From positions 22,553,308 through 22,615,971 of the forward strand of contig NC_068995.1 of assembly GCF_001194135.2 (NCBI RefSeq): a stretch of 62,664 nucleotides of DNA. Direction: 5' to 3'. Position numbers and translations under genes: made by a program. The notes beneath the pieces were generated by a model. It searched no databases, was not told the DNA's origin, and was given only the letters and a program-made list of their open reading frames with translations. The stretch comes from Octopus bimaculoides. Its lineage: Eukaryota. Positions within the stretch are counted from its first letter, which is position 1; every line of letters begins with the position of its first letter. Positions 37,635 through 51,279 of this stretch are shown here, piece after piece.

Positions 37635-38979
37635 TGTATGTATGTATGTTTGTATGCATGTATGTATGTATGTATGTATGTACTGTGTATGTATGTGTGT
37701 ATGTGAGAGAGAGAGAGAGAGACAGAGACAGACAGACAGACAGACAGAGACAGAGATCAATTCTTTCGACTAGAAATTCTTCAAGGCGATGCCCAAGTAT
37801 GGCTACAGTCTAAAGATGAAGATAAAAGACATGTATTTCTTTGCCTCAAAATCACGTCATTGTCGCATGCATTTAATATTTCACTTTTTTCTATATTTTT
37901 GATTCTACTGATACTGCATGATAGAACACTATTCTATAAAAAGACATATATCTGCTTCAAATGAAATTCATTTCCCAACTTTAATATTAATGATTATTCT
38001 CAAGCTTACAGTAAAATTACATTGGCAATTGCAGCTATAATATCTATGAAGAAGGTGATCTATGGACACAGTACAAAATGAAAAGCAAAAGATGTGAAAC
38101 GGTAGGTAAAATTAGCAAATGAAAGGATATTCAAAATGTGTATATGGGCATATAGATATATTCGTGAGCATATATGTGTGTGTGTGTGTGTGCGCGTGTG
38201 AACTTGCATATGCATTTACAAAATATATACCAATGAAGGATACTCTTAGATAAAACATGCATGAGATTTTTATAGTGTTTATCATCTTACATCTTGTGGT
38301 AAGATTTATGGCATTAAATATTTAGAGTGACCTTTGAATTGCGCCAATATTATTCACTGTCAAAGTTATTGTGCATGGCCTTCTGTTTCCTATTAGTTTC
38401 TGAGCATTTAAGGCATGAATTCCAAAGAAGAAAATATGAAAAGAACAGTGGATTTTGAACTGGAGCATTCGTAACATCAGTTGAGTAAGAGATTGTAAAA
38501 TACATCTCTTCATAACTTCCACATATTTGAGGGTCCATGGAGGGTGTAGTATTGGCTCATTAGTCTGCCGCCTCTGTTCAAGTGCTGTTGTGCTTGAGAA
38601 TTGAGATTTAATTCTGCTCGTGAAGCCCCTGACAGCGAAGCAGGGCATCTACTTCCGTAAGACGAGGGTAGTGAAAAAGGTTGTCATAAATTATAGCTGT
38701 TGGCCAGCAACTACGTATTTATTCATGCATGTAGTATATGTTTCTACTTATGTATATACTTATATGTACACACACATACACACGTATAGGTGTACACACA
38801 CACACACACACGCACAAATACACACAGATACACACACACAAATATACACAAGAACTGCATCCCTATAAAGAGACTTCGAGTGTCTCGTTATGTTTGGAGC
38901 TCTATATTTTGAAGATAAATTCAATAAGAAATCTCAAACATGTTAATATTTACAATAAAAACTGTATATGGCGCACGCT

Positions 38980-39010
<31 letters not shown>

Positions 39011-39064
39011 ATGTGTGTGCGTGTGTGTGTGTGTGTGCGCGTGTTTCTCTATGTTTGTGTGCGC

Positions 39065-39667
39065 GGAAACGAAGCAGCAATGAAGTCAATGGAAGCAATG
39101 AATGTCACCGAGCCCCCCAAAAGTGCGTCATGTGAAGTCAATGCCAAGACAATGCTGATTTGTTTCATCGTTGCGAAAGGAATTGTCCCTACAGTATTTG
39201 TTCCTTCTGGTAAAATTGTGAACCAGACATTTTGCTTGGTAGTTCTGAAACGTTTGCGAGACGTAGCGGGACGAAACTGCTCCGCCCAGTGGCAAAGTGG
39301 TGAGTGGCGACTTCATCACGACAATGCACCTTCGCACACCGCCTTGTGTGATGACCATGTTTTTCCACCATCCCTGTTTACTGAATCTTCCTCACTGCAA
39401 CTTTTTTTTTTTTTTTGCCTCCCGAATGAAAAATTTCCTGAAAGAAAAATGTTTTGAAGATGTGGAAGAAATGAAGATCAAAAAAACGATGGAGGCGTTA
39501 AAAGGCGTCACTCTTCAAGAGTTCTAGGACTGCTTCTAAACATGGAAAATAAGTCTGGACCGTTGCATTGCTTCAAATGCAGAATACTTTGAAAGCGATA
39601 AAAGTGTCAACATATGAAATTAAGTGAATATTAAAAACTTCCCATTTCTTTTGGGTACCCCCTTGTA
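39065..39667 (+). mobile_element. Mariner transposon, 3' part with right TIR, decayed
   Basis: ETKQQ*SQWK, KTMLICF...GIV...FVPSG..VNQ.F.L.VLKRL and WRLHHDNAPSHTA. Ends TTTTGGGTACCCCCTTGTA (reverse complement TACAAGGGGGTACCCAAAA). Confidence 0.9.
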
Positions 39668-40313
39668 CTTTATTACGTACGTGGAAAGGTATATTGTGTG
39701 GAAAACAGACTGATTAACAATAGTTGATATATCAGCAATCACTTGTTTCCCTTGGTTTCTGAATTAGGAATGTTTTAAGCATTCCGCTTACATTTTCATA
39801 CTATATGGAATATTCAACCACTGAAAAATCAATGAATAGTGATATTGTGGATGGACGAACTAGATAAATCGTTCGTCGAAATCGACATTGGAATCGATAT
39901 GCTTCAAGCGTCGATGGTCATCATATTTCATATAACGAACAGTATACAGTTCAGATTTATAAATTATTGAAAAAAAAATTATGATCTTATAGTTTCTTGA
40001 ATGAGATTTCAATCTAAGACAATAATTCAGTTCAGGAGATTCAGTTAATTGTTCACAATTATTTTATTTAAATCCAGAACAGCCGTCAATACTTTTTCAT
40101 GTAATTTCCTGTTCCTTAAATTTTGAAATTGATCCTTGAACTGTTATTTTGATATTTTACCATTGTCTTCAAAGTCAGTTTAATATATTTTAATAGGCTA
40201 TCTGAAACTTGTCGGAAATCTTCTTTTGGAGTATTTTACAAGAGATCTCACATTCGTTGTGATTGCTTTTTATTCTTTGTTTTCAACTTGTCTATGTTAT
40301 ATTTTGTTCAGCA

Positions 40314-40469
40314 GTGGCTGTGTGGTAAGTAGCTTGCTTACCAACCACATGGTTCTGGGTTCAGTCCCACTGCGTGGCACCTTGGGCAAGTGTCTTCTAC
40401 TGTAGCCTCGGGCCGACCAAAGCCTTGTGAGTGGATTTGGTAGACGGAAACTGAAAGAAGCCCGTCGTA

Positions 40470-40502
<33 letters not shown>

Positions 40503-40730
40503 NNNNNNNNNNTGTGTGTTTGTGTGTCTGTGTTTGTCCCCCCACCATCGCTTGACAACCGATGCTGGTGTCTTTACGTCCTCGTAACTTAGCGGTTCGG
40601 CAAAAAGAGACCGATAGAATACGTACTAGACTTACAAAGAATAAGTCCTGGGGTCGATTTTCTCGACTAAAGGCGGTGCTCCAGCATGGCTGCAGTCAAA
40701 TGACTGAAACAAGTAAAAGAGTAAAGAGTA
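40314..40730 (+). mobile_element. SINE family A, full length, least diverged copy
   Basis: A-box-like GTGGCTGTGTGGTAAG, B-box GGGTTCAGTCCC, CORE-like CCTTGGGCAAGTGTCTT, internal (TA)n and gap, tail GTCAAATGACTGAAACAAGTAAAAGAG. Confidence 0.92.
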
Positions 40731-41670
40731 AAATGTACAATAGGAAGTTTTTCGAAAAAAAAAAAACTTCGAAAAACAAAACCAAAGAACTTCAATACAC
40801 TGGAATGCCGTGAGGTACAAATGAATCAATAATTGAACGATTCACCTCCATCTCAGTGAACATGCAGGGGATGTGATTTGACGCTTTACTTTGTTTCTTA
40901 TGACACATGCAACATACAATATATGTGTGTGTGTGTGTGTGTGCGTGTGCACATGGGTCTGTATGTATGTGTGTGTGCCCACATATCGATTAGAGAAAGA
41001 GGTAATGTTTCATAGATACGCTAGTCAAGTCTATGTATTATAAAAAAACCATTGACCTAGTAGTTGTTGAAAACAATGCTCCATGTGCAAGCTGAACATA
41101 AGGCAATGCAAACAACCATTTGTATTTTCCATACATTTTAGCGCATAAACGCTGAAATCACAATTATGATTACAATACATATATGTATTAACCTATCAAG
41201 CTAAGACATTTATTAGAATTGAATTTTCGACTCAGCGTAAGTCGAGGGTTATAATGTAACGTATTTTGCAATATTGCCTGGTTGGCAATATTCCGTATAT
41301 AAGCTATCGGCGTGTTCATTGACCGGCTGACCGGCAGCAGGAACCGTCACATAATAATAATTTATATGAATACAACAATCATGTCTAGAATCATGTTATG
41401 ATAAAACTAAGACATTATATTTATGATCGTTTCTCTGATATAAGCAGGAGTTAGCTTATACAAATAGGCTATTTTAACCTCGCTGCTATATATCTCAACA
41501 TTTAATAATATGGAGCAAGAAAGTATTGCATATGAATAGAGTGAGATAAATCTAGCTGAAGATGCCAATCATGAGCAAATATGCCTTGATAAGCGGAAAA
41601 AATCGTTTAATATCGAGATCTTAATCAGCAGCCTCTATACATATGCATACATATGTATGCATGTATATAC

Positions 41671-41743
<73 letters not shown>

Positions 41744-41883
41744 NNNNNNNNNNNNNNNNNNNNNNNNNNNNNNNNNNNNNNNNNNNNNNNNNNNNNNNNN
41801 NNNNNNNNNNNNNNNNNNNNNNNNNNNNNNNNNNNNNNNNNNNNNNNNNNNNNNNNNNNNNNNNNNNNNNNNNNNNNNNNNNN

Positions 41884-41937
<54 letters not shown>

Positions 41938-42989
41938 TTTATATATATATATATATTTATTTATGTATGTGTATGTATATACATATTTATATGTATATAT
42001 AAATATATATAAAGAGAGAATGAGAGTGGGAGAGAGAAAGAGAGAGAGAGAGATACAATACTTGTACATATATGTAGACATTTATAAATACACCCTTATA
42101 TGTGCGTATATAAGGGTGTGTAGACACACGCACACACATATATATATATATATACACACACTCACAAACACACATACACACATGTATAGATGTATGTATA
42201 CACACACATACATACACACACACGCACACACACACATATATATATATATGCGTACATATATGCATATACACAGCTGAATATAAGAAAAAAAGATTTTCTG
42301 CGTAAGCAACACTTGAGATATGATGGAATCGATTCTTGACCTATCATAAATAAAACAAAGCAGGAACGGTGTTCATCACTATCAGTGAAAGATCATTGTC
42401 ATATAAACAATGACATGTAGCAAAATTCTATAGGTATGTGTGTGTGAGATGGCATAGCTATGCTCACAAACTCACGCACATATTTTTAAGTATACCTGCA
42501 CATACATCAGCATAAATACATGCGTACGTGCACATGCATATACATATATCGTCACTTTATAAGGAGTTTATGTTGTATGGAATTTGATATGCCTTTTCTT
42601 TTTTCTAAGCTGGTCAAATACGTGCCATTAGCCACTTTAATTTTTTTCTTTGCTCATTTTTGTTTACATTATGCAAATTATTTGGTGCATTATTGTGTTC
42701 TCTTCTTGGGTCCTAGTCCCATAGTTACTGGAGATATGTCTGGAGTATTCTCGTACTGGTGACTCCAATAGAAGTAGAAACATATATCCACTTATGTCCT
42801 TTTGTCTCCGGGCAAAAAGATTCCCTTTTTCTTTAATGGCATGTTAACATTTGAAAAATTGTTGATTCTTGTGATTATCTCCCCTTATGATATGGAGCTA
42901 GTCTCAACTGCAGTTTGATAATTACGACACATCAACTTGGGAGTTAGATGATTAATCAAGAGCAAGTAAGCAGTGTTGACTGGATTTTC

Positions 42990-44050
42990 TCTGGAAGTTT
43001 ATACCTGATAAATCTTTTATTTCTCGAGAGATTTCGAAATGAAAATTCAACACCGGAATTTAAAGCGCACGAAAAATGTTTTGGAAGTAACCCCATTGAT
43101 GATGTGCAATTTAAGTCACTGCTCACGTACTATTCCAAGACTCTAAAGATATTCAAGGGTTATGCAATGGTTAAATTAATTCTTATTTAAATGAGTATCT
43201 ATGAATGGCAAGAGCTTTATCGATTAGTGGTTTACGATTATTTTTGTCCTGCTCTAGAAAGGTACATAACTAAATGTAAAATTCTAACAAACAAGTCTCA
43301 TTTTAGAAAATGCACCAAGCTACACAGTAAAATTAAATGAGCTCTCTAATAATATTAGAATTCAATATAACCTTACGTACATATATTCTTTGCGCCATCC
43401 AATGGACCAAAATTTGATATGAAACATAAAGCCACCTTATCGAAGCACTTTCAAAAACTCACGGAAGTAGAAAGCTACTCACAAGAAAGAGATTTCTGGA
43501 AGGTGTTCAGCATAACAGATGTTATGAATAACATAGCAACTTAGAATGGGGCTTCGACAGACACATGGTCAGACTGTAACCGTGACATTACAAATTTTGC
43601 GCAAGCAAAACGTCACCATAAAATTCTGTAAGCTATTGCCACAAATGATGTACGGTTTGGAAGTTATAGATGATGATGTGTTTGAATTGCTTTTGTTCTA
43701 TAGAATGGTTTATCTAACGAGAAGCTAATATTGTTAGAATAAAAGTAACCTGAGAATACAGATGAGAATACAGAAATTCCATCACATGCACTTACATTGA
43801 CTATAAAGAATAAAGATCTGACACTTAAAAGTAAATAAAGCAAGTTTTTACTAGTAACAACGCCAATCCCAAATGTAACATAAAAATTACAAGATAAGTT
43901 TACCATCAGCACAATTGCTATATTGAGCTGTTTCAAAGAAATGATGTGCCATTTGCACATCATTATAGCGTTTGGATGAGTTCTTTGCTCCTGAAGTCGA
44001 TGTTGATGACGATGAAGTAGACGGTAAAAGATAGCGTTCCTCATCATCAA
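42990..44050 (-). pseudogene. Decayed intronless rhodopsin-class (class A) GPCR, possibly neuropeptide-receptor-like
   Basis: Reading through ORF 43664-44050 in frame gives TM1 N (43888), IVNVSACD (D at 43783), Y in place of C3.25 27 codons later, AIAYR with R 25 codons after that, a stop at the W4.50 position 28 codons later, a TM5-like HFLK*DLFVRILH, PLNIFRVL (P at 43159) and SCALNS (N at 43060). There are 16 in-frame stops after codon 128. Confidence 0.6.
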
Positions 44051-44084
44051 ATTATTATTCCATTTCTACCAACAGCACTATCAC

Positions 44085-44258
44085 TACCAACGTCAACACC
44101 ACCAACGCCGCCGCCCCCGCCGCCATCAGCACCGCCGCCGCCACCAGCACCAGCACCACCANNNNNNNNNNNNNNNNNNNNNNNNNNNNNNNNNNNNNNN
44201 NNNNNNNNNNNNNNNNNNNNNNNNNNNNNNACCACCACCACCACCACCGCTTCCAGCA
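44085..44258. repeat. (CCA/CCG)n low-complexity tract spanning a gap
   Basis: Directly visible. Confidence 0.9.
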
Positions 44259-44264
44259 AACTCT

Positions 44265-44830
44265 GCTGTACTCTTTATATTGGAGAAACAGGGTGACGGC
44301 TTGCAGATCGTTTTCGCGAACACATCAGAAACTTAATGCTTCGTATGCCAGGCCAACCTGTCTATACCCGCATCAACACTGTGAATCTTTCTATTGCAAA
44401 TTTATCAGTGTGTAGCATGGCCTTGCACCACGGATCCCCCTTCTCTAGGAAACGAAAGGAGCAACATCTCATATTTAATCTTGGCACTATGTCCCCAACA
44501 GGGTATGAATGAGCGTTTTTCCTTTCATCCTTTCACCTCCTTTTAATTCTTCTTTAGCCTTTTTAATCCTCCTTCCACACTCTCTCTGCACATCACCGCA
44601 TTTACTTAGCTCTACTCTCTCCATCACCCTTTCCTTCTCATTTCTGCATGCCTTCTCATATAACTTCTATTTCACGTTAGGAGCCCGTGTTATTCTGCGT
44701 CCATTATTAGTTGCAGCCAGTTTTTCAAGCTGAGATGTAAATTCTGACTTTTTTCTCCTTTTTTTTCCTTTTTTTCCCTGCCCCCGACGAAGGATTCAAT
44801 CTGAAATATTGGATATTCCACTCCTCATGG
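44265..44830 (+). mobile_element. Penelope-like element 3' end: GIY-YIG endonuclease and UTR
   Basis: LYIGETG*RLADRFREHIRN...RKRKEQHLIFNLGTMSPTG.NERF, a classic PLE GIY-YIG C-terminus. Confidence 0.88.
44781..44812 (+). ncRNA. Minimal hammerhead ribozyme remnant, Penelope type
   Basis: CC-C-CCGACGA-A-GGAT-TCA-ATCT-GAAA-TAT-T-GG. One U4>C change in the core; stem II is intact with a G-U pair; stem III is palindromic AATATT. Confidence 0.6.
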
Positions 44831-44909
44831 CAAGTTCACTGTATCCACTTCTCTTTTTTTCATATTTTTCAATTCATGCTGACGCAGAGCTATCAGATAA
44901 TTGCGTGAT

Positions 44910-44988
<79 letters not shown>

Positions 44989-45378
44989 NNNNNNNNNNNN
45001 NNNNNNNNNNNNNNNNNNNNNNNNNNNNNNNNNNNNNNNNNNNNNNNNNNNNNNNNNNNNNNNNNNNNNNNNNNNNNNNNNNNNNNNNNNNNNNNNNNNN
45101 NNNNNNNNNNNNNNNNNNNNNNNNNNNNNNNNNNNNNNNNNNNNNNNNNNNNNNNNNNNNNNNNNNNNNNNNNNNNNNNNNNNNNNNNNNNNNNNNNNNN
45201 NNNNNNNNNNNNNNNNNNNNNNNNNNNNNNNNNNNNCACATATATATACACATAAAAAGTCAACGTCATTCCGAGGGACTTAGTTATCACAATAAATAAA
45301 ATGCAAGTGCTTTTCTTGTCGGCTTTTTTTCTATAGGAAATAGTGAAGGAAAATGTGAAAGATGTCTTGCTGTGTTGC

Positions 45379-45409
<31 letters not shown>

Positions 45410-45427
45410 AGTGTGTGTGTGTGTGTG

Positions 45428-45463
<36 letters not shown>

Positions 45464-47615
45464 TGTTCAAGTAGTTCTACTCAACAGTGTGAGTGTAATA
45501 TCAGATCAACCATTGTCAAGCTGGGATGAAGCTGTTTTATACATTCGGGCTCAACTCACTATTTGGTTTCAGGCTCTGAACTAGATATCTCTTTTCCTAC
45601 GCAGTGAAGCAGAGCAGTCGGATGTAAGAACAATTTCCCCGCTTGAGAATCGGTCCCTCTTCATCACTGAATTCTTCTGGAACATAATTTGAGAACTGAT
45701 CAATGAGATATTTATTTCATATTTTGTTCTAGAATCAATGAGGCGTGGAACATCACTTCTCCGTATTTGTTAATTTGATGTATATTGTCACCTGAAAGCA
45801 TTTAAAAATACATTATTTGTTCCGCTAAACTAGTGCAACATAAGGAAAAGTAAAAGTTGACGCAATCTTATCTTTGGCATACTAATAAGACAGTAACAGT
45901 ACCACCCAAAAAGTGTTGAAACGGTACGGTGCGAAACGATTTTATTCACTACAAAATAAATGCGTGAACAGATAAAGTCTATAAAATAGATTGAAGGTCG
46001 ATATATGAGCATATATGTTTATTAATATTTATATTTCCAGTGACTCTTTCTATAGGAAGGGTGTATTGCACTGATGAGTGTACTTGTATGCGGCATACAT
46101 ATCTGCTTAGGGTTTTGCTATTACAAGTTTAATTGAAAATTTTACGTATTTATTCATTTATTTATGCTTCTTGCCCATGTGTATGAAAAAATCTGGATGC
46201 AATTTATTCTAAGTAAAACAACAGTAAGAACATAAATAATTCATTGCTAATTAGATTGGAAGAATGTATTAGTAGCAGCAGCAGCAGTAGTAGTTTCATT
46301 AGCAGGATTAACAGCATAACCTGCTAATAGAACAACACTTGCATTCATTTTACCAAGCGTTCAATTGCTAGCTCCGAATAACTTATTGTCAGTAGTAATT
46401 TTCTTCAGTTATTTCCAGATTCATTTTGTGTTTCATATAGTGATTGCAAAGAATATATTTTCCATTTAGCGAATCTGCTTTTCACAATAAACTTTTGGCA
46501 ATGAATGGAGGTTATGGTAACAATGGGTTAGTTTTCAAAAATGTATAAGAATTTAAATTTAAATCTTTATCTCAGAAATAATAATCTCATATAAAGAAAC
46601 TGAATAAGATTCTTTTATATGTTCCTATCGTGTGTTAACTAATTGAACAGGAATTTTAACGGGGACAATTTAAATTGCATTAGACAGAAAACAGTGTATG
46701 AATGGTACATATTGTATCGACGCTGAGCAAGACGAGTAAATATTATATTGCGTGATTACAGGTTTTTAGATATCATATTAAGAGAAGATACCTAAAAACA
46801 TTATTATGATATATTAGTCTTCAGAACAAAATACATTGTAAGTCTTGTACTACAGTTTTTGGCAATGCATATTTCGGATACAGTTATATATGTATGCACA
46901 CATGACCACACCTATAACTACACGCACATACACTTGGCCAAATATGAATTTGATGGAAATTAAGTCAAAGATAGTGCATGCCTCCTGAGACACAATGTAC
47001 TACTGATATTCTATTCATATTTCTCGATAAGTTGATTCCGTGGCCGTTATTTTTAAGACAAGGTAACTTGCCCTGAGCTCCTGATGATGCCTCGAGGTTC
47101 GCTTGTATTACCGAAGTTTCACTTATAGTGGTTTTGATTACTACTCTTAATGATAGCTAATCAATGTTTTTTAGTCGGGCGGAATATATTAGAAAGGTGA
47201 AGTCAAGTAATGTTGACACTTCAAAATACGTAATCGGACCATCTGTAATAACAAGCAACACCTGTGCATGGATAATGTCTTATGCATCCAGTCTCTCAGA
47301 AAGGTATCTTTTGCAAGGCACTGACTCACTTTTTGACATAGAAACTCAGAATAGTCATTCTGTATTGCAAAGGGTTGGTAACCAAAGGTATTTTGTTTCA
47401 TTTTCCATGATTTAATTGAAATCAAACGAATCCAGAAATGCTACAGTAATCTTCTTCACAATTCCGAACATTTCTTTGCTCTACCACATTAAACGTAGAA
47501 TTTATGCTGTATTCTTCTTCGATAGATCCTATTTTTGTTCTGTGGTATTTTCCTGCTCATGTCTAACGTTGGCGAATAAAAATGTATGTTTAATCTCCGA
47601 TAACATGGTCTTTTA

Positions 47616-47810
47616 TACGAGGGTGGGCTGAAAAGATCGTAAGCTGACTGTGATGAAATAATGCTGGAAGTGAGAAATATTGGAAGTACGAATTCCAACT
47701 ATGTCTTGTTTCCAGGTAAATTGATATCTGACTTTAAAATTACCCAGTACAGACTTCTCTTGAAAATGGACAAAATTTGTATTGCGTAATCAAGATCTGA
47801 TCGTCACCAA
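47616..47810 (+). mobile_element. Mariner left-end fragment
   Basis: TACGAGGGTGGGCTGAAAAG, a TIR-like start after TA, and ATGGACAAAATT as a transposase-start-like sequence about 150 bp downstream. Confidence 0.55.
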
Positions 47811-48399
47811 GATGAGGGAATCAAAGAAAATATATTCGTTGTGATCCCAATCTAAAATGTTCAATTTTGAATTTAAATTGTTATTCCCCCGAAGAAAACT
47901 GGTTTTTGCTTTCATTTTGTAAACTATTTGCTCATCAATAAACCGTCTGAAACAGCTGTAGTAAACCGCCAGCAATTTGTTTTCTTGAAATTATGCAGAA
48001 GAACCCCCAGCAAGCACTCTGATTGCTGAAACCTTGAAGAGTTTTAGTTTCACCGAACCATGAGTCAAATCGAAAGGAAAAAGAACAAATTCATTCGTTC
48101 CTATGTCTGGTTAATGCACATTGAGTTGTTAGACAATATATTCAAGGAGGAGGATAAACCACATAAAGGCGACATACTCCTGACTAACTTAAAGGAATCC
48201 TCGAGATGTTAAGGTGAGACTGCGAGAGAGCAGCACAGAAAAACAGATATCACCATTCGGTACAATTGTTAATCAATGGAAAACAACATATACAAAGCAA
48301 AGGTTCAACAGGTAAAACAGAAGACACTAAAGATGAAGATGAAAGCACAAGCAAGCAAGCTGGGGATGGCAATAGGTGTAAGGTGAGCGCAAAAACAAA

Positions 48400-49273
48400 A
48401 AGTAGTTCTTGCGAAAACAATGATTCTCTAAATGAGAAAATCCAACGTGGTTGTAAGTTCTACGGAAAGGGTACCTGCTGCCATTGAGACTTTGAGATAA
48501 GGTGTAGATTTGTTCATCCCAATTCCCATGTGAACACTACGGGTTTTGCTCACCGCAAGGTCGGTCATGGACGCCTTACCCAGAGATGATATAAACTTCT
48601 ATCAGGATCGATAAGGACACAAAATCAAGTCACAAATCACGATGCCTCCATATTCGAGATATGCGGATGTAACGGCAAACCCTAAAGCCTTCCATAGATT
48701 TGCAAGAGTCAGTCTTAAGACGACACAAGATAGTTCCAAGAAAATGGCTGACTGACTAAAGACCCCCAATGGATAAATGAAATGCTGAGTGTGTAATACA
48801 AAAGTATATACACAAATCTGATGGGACATGTGCAAGTAGTTATCCCTTATGAACTCTTCGGCACTACAGTTCTACACAAAGAGATGGCAATTATTAATTA
48901 TATTCAAATAGAGGAAACGAATGTCATACCAGTCATTGATGAAATGAGCTTAAACTAAGCCACAGGCTCTTGTGGATTCCCAGGAATTCTCTTAACCCAA
49001 TGAAAAGAAACTCTAGTAAGATTCTTTTCCAAAGCTCTCTTGCAAAGCGGAGACTTTCCAGAAAGTTCAAGGAGGAGCAGAATAGGCCTATCTGTCTAAC
49101 CACACACGTCAGTCAACTCATGGAAGGCATTGCCAGAAGGAAGCAGAGCATGATTGTTAGAAGATAATGACTTGGCCCCTGACACCTAACATGGCTTCTG
49201 CTCAGGGAGAAGCTGCCTTCTCCAGCATTATGACTGGGTGTTGAAGCAACTGATAAATCGCTCAGATGTGAAT

Positions 49274-49318
<45 letters not shown>

Positions 49319-49800
49319 ATTTTGCAACAGCCTTTAATAAAGTTGATCATCGGATGATATGTTAGAAACTACGGTACTCGGTATAGTCGTAAAACTGTGA
49401 GAATGAATATATGATATCCTGTGTCTTTGTTGATCTAGATGAAATCCAGGGTGTGGCAGCCAACGAGGCCGTCTCCAAGGAGACAACACTAGTGAGTGGT
49501 GTACCTAAGTACACAGGCATTGAGTTCTTTCGGATATGCTATCAGTTACACATATTCACAAGCTATGCCGTTGAGTGATACAAAAGTAGTACAAGCAGTC
49601 ACGGAATCTTCTAGGAGAAGACCAAAATGACATATATAATTAGGATAATGAAAACAACATGCAATTTAATGCATGGAAACTTCAAAACCTCTATGGTCAG
49701 CTACACACGCACGTGCACGTATTCTATAATATCAAATAACATTTATCACGGCAGACGTAACTTAACATCATGGATTGTGTCCTTCATTAAACCTACGTTT
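48400..49800 (+). mobile_element. CR1-type LINE relic, heavily deleted
   Basis: CKFYGKGTC...RCRFVHP (CCCH finger), ANPKAFHRFAR, NRPICLTTHVSQLME, *HGFCSGRSCL, VIY..MDFATAFNKVDH, SGVP and NNMQFN. Confidence 0.8.
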
Positions 49801-50889
49801 GCAAATTTCTATACATGTAGGTCAGCAGTACAAGACGCTCATTAAAACTGTTAACATCAAATAGATGAATATATGCTACGAACAGCTTTGGTCATATATG
49901 CATTATGTCAATACCACTAAATCAATAAAGCTGAGAAAGCAATCATTGAAACTTAAGCCACTACTTGAAATAGCGTCAAACATCATTCACTTAAGCGAAT
50001 TTTCATTACCATCGATCCAGAACAGGGAGAATGTAAAATACTTCGTGAATAGGATTATAAAAATCTCCTTGAATCTTTATTAATATACAGTTGCCATTGT
50101 AATCAGAATGATAAACTTGAATTTCTGTAATTATTATTTTACAATTTTAAACAGATTATGCTTAATTAATAACTTTATCCTAATTAATAATCAGTAAAAT
50201 ATTCCATGGAATCTAGAAATTTCTTTAAAAAATCCTACAGTAACTTCATAATAGAAAATATTTTAAGTCTCATTAAAAACACCAGTTAAAATAATATAAA
50301 GAGAAAAGTATTTCTAATTCAGATAAATAGGCAGAATATGATCATTGAACTCAAATTCAATGAATATCAATTTGGAATTTTGATTTAATCCTCTTATTAT
50401 GAAATATCTTTTAAAAACGTAGGTACGCATGTATTCACATGCATGCGCTTAAAATGCGACTTACGCAAACACTTGCATACATATACAATCACATACGCAT
50501 ACACATTTATAGTAAACAAGCACAGGTACACATATTTGCATGGATGTTTATAAGAAAAATACTGTAGATTGAAGAATTCAATCCTAATTCTGAGATTTAT
50601 ACTTGTAGAGCATTAGAATCAAAGGATTTAATGTCCTAAATTTTTTCCCCACGCCACTGTTTAAACAATAGTATGTCTCACTGATTTCATCATTCATAAA
50701 TCATTGTTACAGACACTACCAAATTATAGAGAATATTAAAAGAAAATCTTCGGTTAAAGATATTTACTAACACGAAGGGTGTTAAAAATAAGGAAACCCA
50801 GCAATTTAAACAGGAATAGATATGTAAACTATTCAATCCATCATACTTATATGCATTCCACCACCCTTACGTTCTAATAATTTTTTAAA

Positions 50890-51040
50890 GATTTCGATCC
50901 AAGGCAGACGTTTGTGGAGAAACAATGTATCTTTGATTATCAAACGGATTAAGCCAGTTACTTCAACCCCAATGTTCAACTGATACTTATTTCATTCACC
51001 ACGAAACGATGAAAACAAAAGTCCGTCTCGGCGGAATTTA
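50890..51040 (-). mobile_element. SINE family B, old copy
   Basis: CAACTGATACTTATTTCATTCACCACGAAACGATGAAAACAAAAGTCCGTCTCGGCGGAATTT. Confidence 0.55.
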
Positions 51041-51279
51041 TAACCATATTAATAATAACAATATAGGAATCAAATAATAGAATCCCATGAAAGCTGTAAA
51101 GGTTGTGTCTATAATAACTGGTGTAGTGGTAAGTGTAAGCGAAGATATAAACAAATGGTTGAAGATTGAACTAGAATGTCCTGCAGAGCGTCTACAGAAA
51201 GTTTGACTCTTAGCAACAGGAAGATTATCAGGAGGGTTCTAAGAAACTTAATGTTTCGTGTTGCTGACAATATCACAAA

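Noticed and set aside
40314-40385. tRNA gene
   Set aside because: The A/B-box head runs into a SINE body shared by many copies, and no full cloverleaf forms.
42948-43190. Plus-strand ORF with LRR-like SNPI
   Set aside because: It is a single short motif with no LRR periodicity, antisense to the better-supported GPCR relic.
43060-43666. GPCR stops rescued by A-to-I editing
   Set aside because: Editing converts stops only to Trp. Most of the 16 stops, including the P5.50 position, are not Trp sites, so editing cannot restore the protein.
46068-46106. CTGATGA with a pairable stem II
   Set aside because: GAAA is replaced by GGCA and about six changes are needed; no Penelope coding relic is adjacent.
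47081-47130. CTGATGATGCC hammerhead-like start
   Set aside because: No correctly placed GAAA.
47230-47280. Minus-strand VLLVITDG resembling a VWA motif
   Set aside because: Surrounded by stops with no other VWA motifs; likely chance.
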